Source: Candidatus Altiarchaeales archaeon (GTDB lineage: Archaea; Altiarchaeota; Altiarchaeia; IMC4; SCGC-AAA252-I15). From it: 64,000 bases of DNA. Positions 17,107 through 25,620 of this stretch are shown here, in pieces. The translations under genes and the position numbers were made by a program. Every line of letters begins with the position of its first letter. The first letter of the stretch is position 1. Under the pieces are notes generated by a model. The model had not been told where the DNA came from. It made no database searches and saw nothing but the letters and a program-made list of their open reading frames with translations. The stretch lies in assembly GCA_014727915.1 (NCBI GenBank), contig WJMO01000007.1, forward strand, positions 1-64,000, read 5' to 3'.

Positions 17107-18561
17107 TCAGCCCTTCATAGGCTCGCACCATACGTTATCCCCGTATATCTTCATGGCGAACGGGGGGCTCATCCTGCCTATCGGGGTGTTTCTATCGTCC
17201 CATGCCAGCCACCCCATGCCCGTTAGTCTCCCGTCCTCCTGTGATATAACCTTGCCCCCGTAGAAGAGCTTCCTCAGCGACAGTACGAGGCCGTTGCCGT
17301 TAACGGGACGGTATGTTCCCTCGAGTTCGTCGCCTACGTAGCAGTGCATGCCAGTGTAAGCTGCTCCAAGCTGCCGCCTCCAGCCGGGGCTGTAAGAGTT
17401 GGCGTTGGTGGAGAAGAAAAGGTAGTTCCTGCCAGCATGGGACACCATCTGCGGCTCTTCCAAGACGTCATACCTGCCGGGGGGTATGAGAGGGTCTAGT
17501 TTTTTCCATCGCTTAAGGTCGGTTGACGTGTAGTGGCCGATGTACCCGTCATAGACACCCAGTGGGTCGACCTTCTCGGACAGTAGCAGGTGGTGGTTTC
17601 CTGCTTCGTCTTTGAATAGGAAAGGATCCCGGAAGCATGGAGGCTGACCTAGCACATTCCGGCCTTCCCTCAAGGCCATCACACCACCGTCAGGGGTTAA
17701 GACCGGGTTTTCAGGGTCCTTCCTCCAGTGGATGAGGTCCTTGGATGTTGCATGGCCGATCCTCTGGCTCAGGTCATGGGATCGAACACCAGTGTAGAGC
17801 ATGTGGAACACACCATCGTCGGATATCACGTTACCGTCCCAGATTGACGCGTCATCCCACTGGCCGGGGGCACCCGGCTTCACTCCCCCTGAGTCATACG
17901 CCCACTTCCTCAGGTCCGCCGATACCGCATGCCCTATCTCAACACCGTGGAAGTCCCGCTCGGCAGGTATGAAAGACCGGGTCCTGGGAAGCTGCAAGAA
18001 GAAAGCATGAACCTCACCGTCATGCGGGAAGAACCAGGGGTCCCACAGGTACATTCCGGGAGGGGCGAAATACGATTCTGGAGACTCGTGTATGTGATCG
18101 AGGTCAAAGAGCTCTGCAACGCCCCCCATGCCCTTTATGCTAGCAAGGCGGGTAAGGTCCGCGTCAGCCTCAACTAGGGCTGGAGAGCCGGTTTTGGCGA
18201 ATACTTTGGACTTATGCCTGCGAACATGAGTGGACAGTACCTGCACTGTATTGGGCCTCCCGCCATCAACCCCCACGCAAACCCCCAGGTGCCGGGTCCT
18301 GTCCGCCTCCCGCAGATCGCTCCCTGGGATGCCATAGGTGCTGAACACGATCATGTCCCCTTTTCTCTGGGTTCCAGGCCGCAAGTAACTGCTACCGACT
18401 TCTATACGCTCGGAGGGTATCTCAGGAAGCCGAAGCTCCGGGGGGAAGATGAGGCCCCTCTCGTCGAAGACCTGGATATCAGATAGATGAGGGGTCATAT
18501 CGTGGACAACAGGCACAGGGATCCCATCCGTTGAAGGCCTGAGCCTCGTCGGCGAAGCCAT
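17107..18561 (-). CDS. Clan GH-J glycoside hydrolase (GH32/GH68-like beta-fructofuranosidase) with N-terminal extension
   Basis: Catalytic triad motifs LWDPW, FRDP and LEEPQ; IGHAVSADL and IGHATSKDL blade repeats. Confidence 0.85.
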   Translation of the reverse strand: MASPTRLRPSTDGIPVPVVHDMTPHLSDIQVFDERGLIFPPELRLPEIPSERIEVGSSYLRPGTQRKGDMIVFSTYGIPGSDLREADRTRHLGVCVGVDGGRPNTVQVLSTHVRRHKSKVFAKTGSPALVEADADLTRLASIKGMGGVAELFDLDHIHESPESYFAPPGMYLWDPWFFPHDGEVHAFFLQLPRTRSFIPAERDFHGVEIGHAVSADLRKWAYDSGGVKPGAPGQWDDASIWDGNVISDDGVFHMLYTGVRSHDLSQRIGHATSKDLIHWRKDPENPVLTPDGGVMALREGRNVLGQPPCFRDPFLFKDEAGNHHLLLSEKVDPLGVYDGYIGHYTSTDLKRWKKLDPLIPPGRYDVLEEPQMVSHAGRNYLFFSTNANSYSPGWRRQLGAAYTGMHCYVGDELEGTYRPVNGNGLVLSLRKLFYGGKVISQEDGRLTGMGWLAWDDRNTPIGRMSPPFAMKIYGDNVWCEPMKG

Positions 18562-18679
18562 ACTATAAAAAAGGAAGTAAAACATTATAACTGTGGTGGG
18601 AGTATGGGGCGGAGACTCTGAGAAAACGGGTTTTATTTCATTTTTAAATCATTTTCGCATATATTATTTCCTAACTTTA

Positions 18680-18731
18680 ATGTCGTGGAGGCGACATGAA
18701 GCCTGAATTAGGCTTCATCCCAAAAGGCTAG
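18680..18731 (+). promoter_or_regulatory. Structured leader of the polyamine operon with two overlapping hairpins and two overlapping short uORFs
   Basis: ATGTCGT-ggag-GCGACAT (18680-18697) and ATGAAGCCT-gaatt-AGGCTTCAT (18696-18718). uORFs MSWRRHEA* (18680-18706) and MKPELGFIPKG* (18696-18731). Confidence 0.35.
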
Positions 18732-18813
18732 GTTTACGCGTGGTATTTTTTTGTTTGATGTGGGGAGAAAGCGGGTTTTCTGCATGTCTGGTCTTGTCTA
18801 CTGAGAAAAAAAG

Positions 18814-19200
18814 ATGAAGTCCTTAGGCGAGCATATTCTGATAGAGTTCTATGGATGTGACAATTCCATAATCAACGACGAGCGCTTGATAGAGGACAAG
18901 CTCGTGGAGTCCGTTGAGTTGAGCGGGGCAACGATAGTGAAGCCGGTATTCCACAAGTTCAGCCCGCACGGTGTGAGCGGCGTCATCGTCATAGCTGAAT
19001 CTCATTTTTCGATACATACCTGGCCAGAGTACGGATACTGCGCCCTAGACATATTCACCTGCGGGGATAAGATAAAGTCCAAGAAGGCGCTGAACTACCT
19101 GAGGAAGGAGTTGAAGGCGAAGAACATCTCGGTAATACAGCTCAACAGGGGCATGCTGGACCTGCCCGTTGAGAAGATAAGGCACAAGCCCACCATTTGA
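18814..19200 (+). CDS. speD: S-adenosylmethionine decarboxylase proenzyme (class 1b)
   Basis: LGEHILIEFYGC, HKFSPHGVSGVIVIAE|SHFSIHTWPEYGY..DIFTCG. Confidence 0.95.
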   Translation: MKSLGEHILIEFYGCDNSIINDERLIEDKLVESVELSGATIVKPVFHKFSPHGVSGVIVIAESHFSIHTWPEYGYCALDIFTCGDKIKSKKALNYLRKELKAKNISVIQLNRGMLDLPVEKIRHKPTI

Positions 19201-19204
19201 GAAG

Positions 19205-19603
19205 ATGAGCGACTATAGATTCAAGAGGATAAGAGAGGAGTTCAACAGGGCAGGGGGATGGGGGCTGCTGCTGAGCCTGGACCTTAGAGGATGCAATCCA
19301 GACTACATCAGGGACCGGGACAGGATAGTCGAATACTCAAGGAGGCTCTGCGATGAGATCGGCATGAAAGCCTACGGCGAACCGATGGTGGTCCACTTCG
19401 GAGAGGATGAGAGGGTCGAGGGGTTTTCGCTGGTGCAGCTCATCGAGACGTCGCTTATCTCAGGGCATTTCGCGAACATGTCCAACAACGCCTACATAGA
19501 CATCTTCTCATGCAAGCTATACGACCCCTACGCTGCAGCTGAATTCACAAAGGACTTCTTCGAAGCCGGGGAGGTCAGTGTGAACACCCTCATAAGAAAA
19601 TGA
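19205..19603 (+). CDS. Second pyruvoyl-dependent AdoMetDC-family decarboxylase (possible Arg/Orn decarboxylase)
   Basis: DLRGC, GFSLVQLIET|SLISGHF and YIDIFSCK: same fold signature but a divergent cleavage motif. Confidence 0.85.
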   Translation: MSDYRFKRIREEFNRAGGWGLLLSLDLRGCNPDYIRDRDRIVEYSRRLCDEIGMKAYGEPMVVHFGEDERVEGFSLVQLIETSLISGHFANMSNNAYIDIFSCKLYDPYAAAEFTKDFFEAGEVSVNTLIRK

Positions 19604-20433
19604 GCTTGGAAGGATACGTCGTCGACGCAAGGGACCTCTCAAGGGGTAGGACCATAGCATTGGAGGCGACATGCGTTCTGGAAGACTTCAAGACGGAATA
19701 CCAGCACATCCAGGTTTTTGAGACCAGGGTCTTCGGCAAGGTGCTGCTGCTGGACGGGATAGTAATGCTCACGGAATTCGACGAGTTCGCATACCATGAG
19801 ATGATAGCGCACGTGCCTCTTTTCTCTCACCCAGACCCGAGGTCAGTGCTTATAATCGGGGGCGGAGACGGAGGCGCGGCAAGGGAATCGGCCAAACACC
19901 CTGGAGTCGAGAGGATAGACGTTTGCGAGATAGACGAGAAGGTCATTGAAGTATCCAAGAAGCACTTCCCAGATGTCGCCTGCGGATACGATGACCCCCG
20001 GGTGAACGTGATAGTGGAGGACGCGTCAGAGCACATAAAAGAGGGGAAAGGGGGTTACGACGTCATTATCGTCGACTCCACCGACCCGGTGGGGCCTGGG
20101 GAGCCACTTTTCAAGGAGGAGTTCTACCAGCACTTGCATGATAGCCTGACGGATGATGGAATCGCAGTAACCCAGTCTGAGAGCATGTTCTACGACCTCG
20201 AATTGATCAAGAAGATGGCAGGGTTCAACAGGAGGATCTTCCCAATCTACAGTTACTACTTCTGCCTCATCCCAACGTATCCGTCCGGCCACATCGGATT
20301 CTCCTATTGCTCGAAAAGGCACGGGCCCAAACCTCCTGAGAGCATCGGCATATCTGGGTTGAGGTACTACAACCCGGAAATCCACAGGTCATCTTTTGTA
20401 CTGCCCGAATTCGCGAAAGAGAGGATAGAGTAA
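19600..20433 (+). CDS. speE: Spermidine synthase / polyamine aminopropyltransferase
   Basis: YQHI, LLLDG, DEFAYHEMIAH, LIIGGGDGG, EID, DSTDP and PTYPSG motifs. Confidence 0.95.
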   Translation: MSLEGYVVDARDLSRGRTIALEATCVLEDFKTEYQHIQVFETRVFGKVLLLDGIVMLTEFDEFAYHEMIAHVPLFSHPDPRSVLIIGGGDGGAARESAKHPGVERIDVCEIDEKVIEVSKKHFPDVACGYDDPRVNVIVEDASEHIKEGKGGYDVIIVDSTDPVGPGEPLFKEEFYQHLHDSLTDDGIAVTQSESMFYDLELIKKMAGFNRRIFPIYSYYFCLIPTYPSGHIGFSYCSKRHGPKPPESIGISGLRYYNPEIHRSSFVLPEFAKERIE

Positions 20434-20437
20434 AAAG

Positions 20438-20899
20438 ATGTTTTTCATCAAGGCCGAAGTCAGGGCTTCAAGAATAGCAGACGAGGGGGTCTTCACACTG
20501 GAGGACATCGCTAAGGGGCAGGTAGTGGGCAATCTAGGGGTGGGTGTCAAGGCAATGACCGAGGGCGAATACCATGAGGGGCAGAGGAAAGGCAGCGAGC
20601 TCGTCATAAGGACGGGCGCCAGATGGGTCTCGGACCAGTTCCTCCACAAGGGCATCATAGAAGACGAGGAATACCTCAATCACTCCTTCGACCCCAACCT
20701 CCTATACCACCTCGGGATGTTGTTCGCGAAGAGGGACATAAAATCCGGGGAGGAGCTGACCGTGAACTACGAGTACCTGCTCGCCGAAGACGACGAGTTC
20801 TCCTTCTGCGATTCTGGCACAGGGAGGAAAGTCGACGGTTTGGACGGCTATAACGCGCTCGCCAGGTCCGCGAAAGAGCTGGTGGATGTGCTCATATGA
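20438..20899 (+). CDS. SET-domain methyltransferase
   Basis: S.I...GVF...DI.KG, YLNHSFDPN, AKRDIKSGEELTVNY and post-SET-like FSFCDSG. Confidence 0.88.
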   Translation: MFFIKAEVRASRIADEGVFTLEDIAKGQVVGNLGVGVKAMTEGEYHEGQRKGSELVIRTGARWVSDQFLHKGIIEDEEYLNHSFDPNLLYHLGMLFAKRDIKSGEELTVNYEYLLAEDDEFSFCDSGTGRKVDGLDGYNALARSAKELVDVLI

Positions 20900-20935
20900 G
20901 GATATTTTATACCCGGACTAACATTATTTTATCTT

Positions 20936-21286
20936 ATGGGCTCCTACTTCGACGACCTGGCGGAGGACATGCTGGAATACTTCGAGGACTTCACAGATCA
21001 CCTGCTCAAGAAGGGCCGTAAAGGCCATAAGAAGACCAAGAAGAGGCTGGACAAGAGGAGCAGGCCAGCCTACGCGTTGGCCGAGCGGATAAGGGGCGCC
21101 ATATACGTCACTGTGGGATTGAGCGTCGTGTACACCGCCCTCGTGGGAGCCGTATCAGGGATGACCGGGGTCAGGGACATAGTGAGCTTCCTGATAAACA
21201 ACTGGATAGGGAGATGCGGCATAACCATCATAGGATTCGCCTATGTAGTGCACGGAGCCTGGAAGGTGGTGATGGGAGCGGACTAA
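20936..21286 (+). CDS. Hypothetical membrane protein
   Basis: 116-aa ORF with a charged N-terminus and two hydrophobic segments. Confidence 0.65.
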   Translation: MGSYFDDLAEDMLEYFEDFTDHLLKKGRKGHKKTKKRLDKRSRPAYALAERIRGAIYVTVGLSVVYTALVGAVSGMTGVRDIVSFLINNWIGRCGITIIGFAYVVHGAWKVVMGAD

Positions 21287-21294
21287 ACCCTATA

Positions 21295-21888
21295 TTACTG
21301 CTTTTTCATGTAGGCCTTCTCGACCACTATGTTCTCAGTGGGCCAGTTCCCGTGCGGCCCCTTCCTAGTCGTGGGGGCTGACTTTATCTTGCCGACAACG
21401 TCCATGCCGGAGACTACCTCGCCGAACACCGCGTAGCCGGGGTTGCCAGGAGCATAGTCTAGCATTGGATTGTCTTTTACGTTTATGAAGAACTGGCATG
21501 TCGCAGTGTTAGGGTCGCTGGTGCGAGCCATCGCGATGGTGCCTATGGTGTTCTTCAAGCCGTTCTTGGACTCCAACACTATCGGGGGGTTGGTCGGTTT
21601 CTGAACGCCATCGGCTGTGAAGCCCCCGCCCTGTATCATGAAATCGTCGATTATCCGGTGGAATACCGTGCCGTCATAGTGTCCTGACTCCACATAGGAT
21701 ACGAAATTCTCCACCGTAACCGGCGCATTCTCCCTGTCCAACTCAATCTCAATAACTCCCTTGCTCGTCTCAAAGACTACGATCTCCTTCATTTTGACAT
21801 CAACCTGCTGTGCCTGCTCCTCAGGGGATTCTCCCATGCAACCGCACAATAGAACAAAAAACGCTATGAAAAACAAGCGCATACCCAT
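21295..21888 (-). CDS. Cyclophilin-type peptidyl-prolyl cis-trans isomerase, lipoprotein-like signal
   Basis: APVTVENF, YDGTVFHRII, FMIQGGG, GTIAMART, QFFIN and YAVFGEV motifs; N-terminal LLCGC. Confidence 0.92.
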   Translation of the reverse strand: MGMRLFFIAFFVLLCGCMGESPEEQAQQVDVKMKEIVVFETSKGVIEIELDRENAPVTVENFVSYVESGHYDGTVFHRIIDDFMIQGGGFTADGVQKPTNPPIVLESKNGLKNTIGTIAMARTSDPNTATCQFFINVKDNPMLDYAPGNPGYAVFGEVVSGMDVVGKIKSAPTTRKGPHGNWPTENIVVEKAYMKKQ

Positions 21889-21925
21889 AATATAATCATA
21901 GAAGTTGATAAATGAATCGGATATC

Positions 21926-22789
21926 ATGCGAGGTATAAGGGGTTTTCTGCTGAGAGTGTCTTTTTTAAGAAGACCTGCCAGGCCAGGGAGAGGCATGCTA
22001 GTGCTCTTAGGAGGGTTTTTAGCAGCCATATCGCTCGGATTCTACGCGTTTTTCATCGAACCCTGCTGGATAGAAGTCAACACCGTCGAGTTGAGGACGC
22101 ACAAGCTCGATAACGCGGGTTTCAGGGTGGTACAGATCTCGGACCTGCACTGCGACGTGAAGGTCAGGAACGAATACCGGCTGGGGGAATTGATAAACCC
22201 GTTGGAGCCGGACGTTATCGTGTTCACAGGCGACATGCTGAACACCGAGGACGCCCTGCCAACATGCAGGGAGGGATTGAACAGGCTGAAGGCCAAGAGC
22301 GGGAAGTACGCCGTCTACGGGAACTGGGACGTGTGGTACTTCGACAAAACAACACTCTTTGAAGACACCAGCTTCCGAGTATTGGATGGGGAGGGCATAG
22401 ACGTGGTGAAGGACGGTGAGAAAATCCAAATCACAGGAGTTGGATATGACAGGGGAGACATGGCATATGACATATTGGATGACGTTGGAGATGACGAGTA
22501 TAGCATATTACTCTACCACACCCCAGACCTGGTTGAAGGCCTTCAGGGGTTGAACGTGGACCTGTACCTGGCCGGGCACACCCACGGCGGACAGGTGGCG
22601 ATGCCATTCTACGGGGCGATAATCACGCTCGCCAAACACGGGAAAAAATACGAGTCGGGAGAGTACAATGTCGGTGAGACCACATTGTATGTGAACCGTG
22701 GAATTGGAATGGAAGGAGGTCACATGCCAAGGGTGAGATTCCTAGCCCGGCCGGAAGTAACAGTCTTTAACATAAAACCCCAAGGTTAA
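21926..22789 (+). CDS. Membrane-anchored metallophosphoesterase (YkuE-like)
   Basis: SDLH, TGD, GNWD, HTPD, GHTHGGQ, NRGIG and RPEV motifs. Confidence 0.9.
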   Translation: MRGIRGFLLRVSFLRRPARPGRGMLVLLGGFLAAISLGFYAFFIEPCWIEVNTVELRTHKLDNAGFRVVQISDLHCDVKVRNEYRLGELINPLEPDVIVFTGDMLNTEDALPTCREGLNRLKAKSGKYAVYGNWDVWYFDKTTLFEDTSFRVLDGEGIDVVKDGEKIQITGVGYDRGDMAYDILDDVGDDEYSILLYHTPDLVEGLQGLNVDLYLAGHTHGGQVAMPFYGAIITLAKHGKKYESGEYNVGETTLYVNRGIGMEGGHMPRVRFLARPEVTVFNIKPQG

Positions 22790-22794
22790 AACCT

Positions 22795-23166
22795 ATGAAG
22801 GTGAAGTTCACGCCGTTGGAGAGGATCTACGACAGTGAAAGGGGCAGCAACTACGCCCTCGATACGGGCGAGTACATGAGTTTCCTGATAACGAAGCGTT
22901 TGGAGGGCAGTGTCAGCGGCGACCACAGCCACCCAGGTAAGACTAGGGAGAAGAACCCGGAGGTCATGCACCTGCTAGACGGTGAGATCGTCTTCGCCTG
23001 GCGGGAGGACGGGGAAGACTGCGCACGCAAACTGGACGAGCCCACCAGGATAGAGATATCAGCAGGGACATGGCATAAGATAACCGCCCTCACTGACATA
23101 GTGATATTGGAGGAGGGCAGGCTCTCACAGGAGGACTACGAGGAGGACACTGAGAGGTCTACCTGA
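22795..23166 (+). CDS. Cupin-fold hypothetical protein
   Basis: GDHSH...E...LLDG...GTWH cupin metal motif. Confidence 0.7.
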   Translation: MKVKFTPLERIYDSERGSNYALDTGEYMSFLITKRLEGSVSGDHSHPGKTREKNPEVMHLLDGEIVFAWREDGEDCARKLDEPTRIEISAGTWHKITALTDIVILEEGRLSQEDYEEDTERST

Positions 23167-23830
23167 CCACGTCCAACTTCCCGTATGGTTTGTCGAAGAA
23201 CATCAGGGAACAGTAGTTGAGCCCATACTGGTAGAAAGTCTTCAAAGTGGACTGCCGCAGACGCCTGTCGCTGACCTGAACCTGGATCTCGGGCTTGTAG
23301 ACGACAGGACCCTTCTTCTGCAAGTGCTTCGCGAGCATTATGTCCTCGCCGATCGGATAACGAGCCCTGAAGCCATCCAGGTATTTGGTCTTGAAAGCGA
23401 GGTTGGAGCCCGCACACTGGGGGAATCCGATGGCCTTGTTCAACGCCGCAAAAGAGTGGTAGAGCTTGTTCGTGACGGTGTGGTTGCTGTCAAGCGAACC
23501 GTAGACGCCGACAACATCCCCCTGGAGGTAGCGGTCTATCTTGGAAAGCCACGCGCGGGGATATATCGTGTCAGCGTCAGCCGAAGCTATTATCTCCCCC
23601 CTGGCAGCCAAAAACCCACGGTATCGTGCGAAGCTCGCGCCCTGCCGGTCCTCGTTCAAGACCACATCGGCGAATTTCCTGGCTATTTCGACCGTATCAT
23701 CCTTCGAGTTGTTGTCAACGACTATGATCTCCTTATGGGGATAGTCTTGACCCACGATAGAAACAAGCATCTCCTCCAGGTTTTCGCCTTCATTGTATGC
23801 TGGCACTACAACAGATATCAGCCTACCCAT
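23159..23830 (-). CDS. Glycosyltransferase family 2
   Basis: SVVVPAYNE, VDNNSKD, DAD, GED and S.RR motifs. Confidence 0.9.
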   Translation of the reverse strand: MGRLISVVVPAYNEGENLEEMLVSIVGQDYPHKEIIVVDNNSKDDTVEIARKFADVVLNEDRQGASFARYRGFLAARGEIIASADADTIYPRAWLSKIDRYLQGDVVGVYGSLDSNHTVTNKLYHSFAALNKAIGFPQCAGSNLAFKTKYLDGFRARYPIGEDIMLAKHLQKKGPVVYKPEIQVQVSDRRLRQSTLKTFYQYGLNYCSLMFFDKPYGKLDVVR

Positions 23831-23883
23831 GGTTACCTATTCTCATGATGAAATAAAAATTCTATTATTGGTTTAACCCCCAG

Positions 23884-25002
23884 TTACTCCCGTATTGCCT
23901 TGGACACACTAGACCAAGTACCAGGCGGGTCGGAAGCCTGCCTCCACCGGTGGACCGTGGATTCGCCGGCCGCATCCATCAAAAGCTCTCCAACACCCTC
24001 AAGACCGGATTTTGAGCGGGTTTTGAACCTTAAAACTTTCTCTCCTGGCTTATCGCCAGGCAGGACAACACCATCCGATATACTGTCACCCTTGCCATCG
24101 CCCATAGAACGGCCATATTCTCCGACTATGTGGTCGCCTGAGGACCTCAAGAAAATCTTTGACCTGCTGCCCTCAAGATCCCATACGCCGGTGAAGAGGA
24201 TGTTTTGATATCCGAGGCTCGCAACCTCCGTGCCAGCAGGAAGATTATAAACAAGGCCGGCATGCCTCGGAGGCAACACCGCAACCCACCCCGGATTCAA
24301 CCGGGTGGCCTTCAATTCAGGGAATACGACAGCAGCTCCAGGAGCCAATTTAGCATTATAGTCATTGGGTATTGTGACAGACTCCCCATGCTGGAGCATA
24401 ACATCTTCAGGAGCATCAGGCTTCTCCATCCGACCGTCAAACCTGCGAATAATGGAGCCAGCGGGCACTGCAGATAGGTTAAGTGGTTTGAAGTGCTGGT
24501 TGCCTATGACACACCCAGCAGGAACCTCGAATTCGCCCTCCCCGGTCACCCTGATTATCGAAGCCTCGGGCATCTGAACAGGCATAGGAGCATCGGGTTT
24601 CCTGAACTGCATGCCTGAAGGCGGAACCCTAACAGCATGCTTAGACGACAAAACCTCCCAATCCGGCTCGACCGCCCTTATCCGCTCAGGAGGTATCGGA
24701 ACGACTGTCCCGTCAGGTTGACCCACATACTGTACTGGCTTGCCGAGGAAATCACCACTACCCACTATAGTCCCCCTAACAGTCCTCTTTTCGAAGGTGA
24801 ACTCGTCAACGAACATGAACTCGTCAGCTGCAGCGGTCGACGCAGACCCGGCAATAGCAGCGGCTGCAACCCCCCCGGCAGCACGCCTGAAAAAATCCCG
24901 CCTACCAAACCTTGGGCCTTCCTCAGACTTCAATTCAACATCCGGGGACTGGCCAGAAGCAGTTTCTTGCTCTTGGACCGCAACCCTCTTTTTAGTCTTC
25001 AT
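23884..25002 (-). CDS. Hypothetical protein with a twin-arginine-like signal
   Basis: GRRDFFRRAAGGVAAAAIAGSASTAAAD at about residue 33-60; beta-rich mature region. Confidence 0.7.
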   Translation of the reverse strand: MKTKKRVAVQEQETASGQSPDVELKSEEGPRFGRRDFFRRAAGGVAAAAIAGSASTAAADEFMFVDEFTFEKRTVRGTIVGSGDFLGKPVQYVGQPDGTVVPIPPERIRAVEPDWEVLSSKHAVRVPPSGMQFRKPDAPMPVQMPEASIIRVTGEGEFEVPAGCVIGNQHFKPLNLSAVPAGSIIRRFDGRMEKPDAPEDVMLQHGESVTIPNDYNAKLAPGAAVVFPELKATRLNPGWVAVLPPRHAGLVYNLPAGTEVASLGYQNILFTGVWDLEGSRSKIFLRSSGDHIVGEYGRSMGDGKGDSISDGVVLPGDKPGEKVLRFKTRSKSGLEGVGELLMDAAGESTVHRWRQASDPPGTWSSVSKAIRE

Positions 25003-25078
25003 TCTGCCTTATAGAACAATATGACCTGTTGAATACTATACGGAATGAAAAGAATAAAAAGGGTCGAGTAGAGGATCC

Positions 25079-25501
25079 TTACTCCTCTACAACCTGCGTC
25101 TTGGCGATTTTATCGCCGAACCTGAGACCTTCAGCGTCTACGAAGGGCATTACAAGCTCTACCAGGTTAAGGACAGGTATCACGAATGTTATGTTCCTTA
25201 TCAGGCTGTCCTTGTAGGAACAAGGCGTTATGGCGCCCTTGACGACCTTCAGCTTCATGACCTTCTTGCCTATGCTCCTGCCACCCTTCATACCGTCCTT
25301 GAGAAGAGCGTAACCGAAGCAGACTATGAAGTAGACGGGTACCATCAGGAAACCCACGATCATAGCCAGGCTCTGATCTATCATCGCGGCAGCAAAAGAC
25401 AGGGCCATGGCCACCACGAACAAGACGGCACATAATACCCATACCAGTACCATGTCTATTATGTATGCGATAACCCTTTTTCCGATTGGTGCTTTAGCCA
25501 T
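25079..25501 (-). CDS. RDD family membrane protein
   Basis: KRVIAYIID ... GRSIGKK ... RN ... RFGDKIAKT. Confidence 0.9.
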   Translation of the reverse strand: MAKAPIGKRVIAYIIDMVLVWVLCAVLFVVAMALSFAAAMIDQSLAMIVGFLMVPVYFIVCFGYALLKDGMKGGRSIGKKVMKLKVVKGAITPCSYKDSLIRNITFVIPVLNLVELVMPFVDAEGLRFGDKIAKTQVVEE

Positions 25502-25620
25502 ACAGAATTCACCTCAAAATTGTTTACATAAGAATCTGAGTACTTGCTTAAAAACAAACTCGCCCCATTTTTATTCGGGGAATAGTGAATATAATGAAGT
25601 TTTTCCGATGAGGTTGTCCT

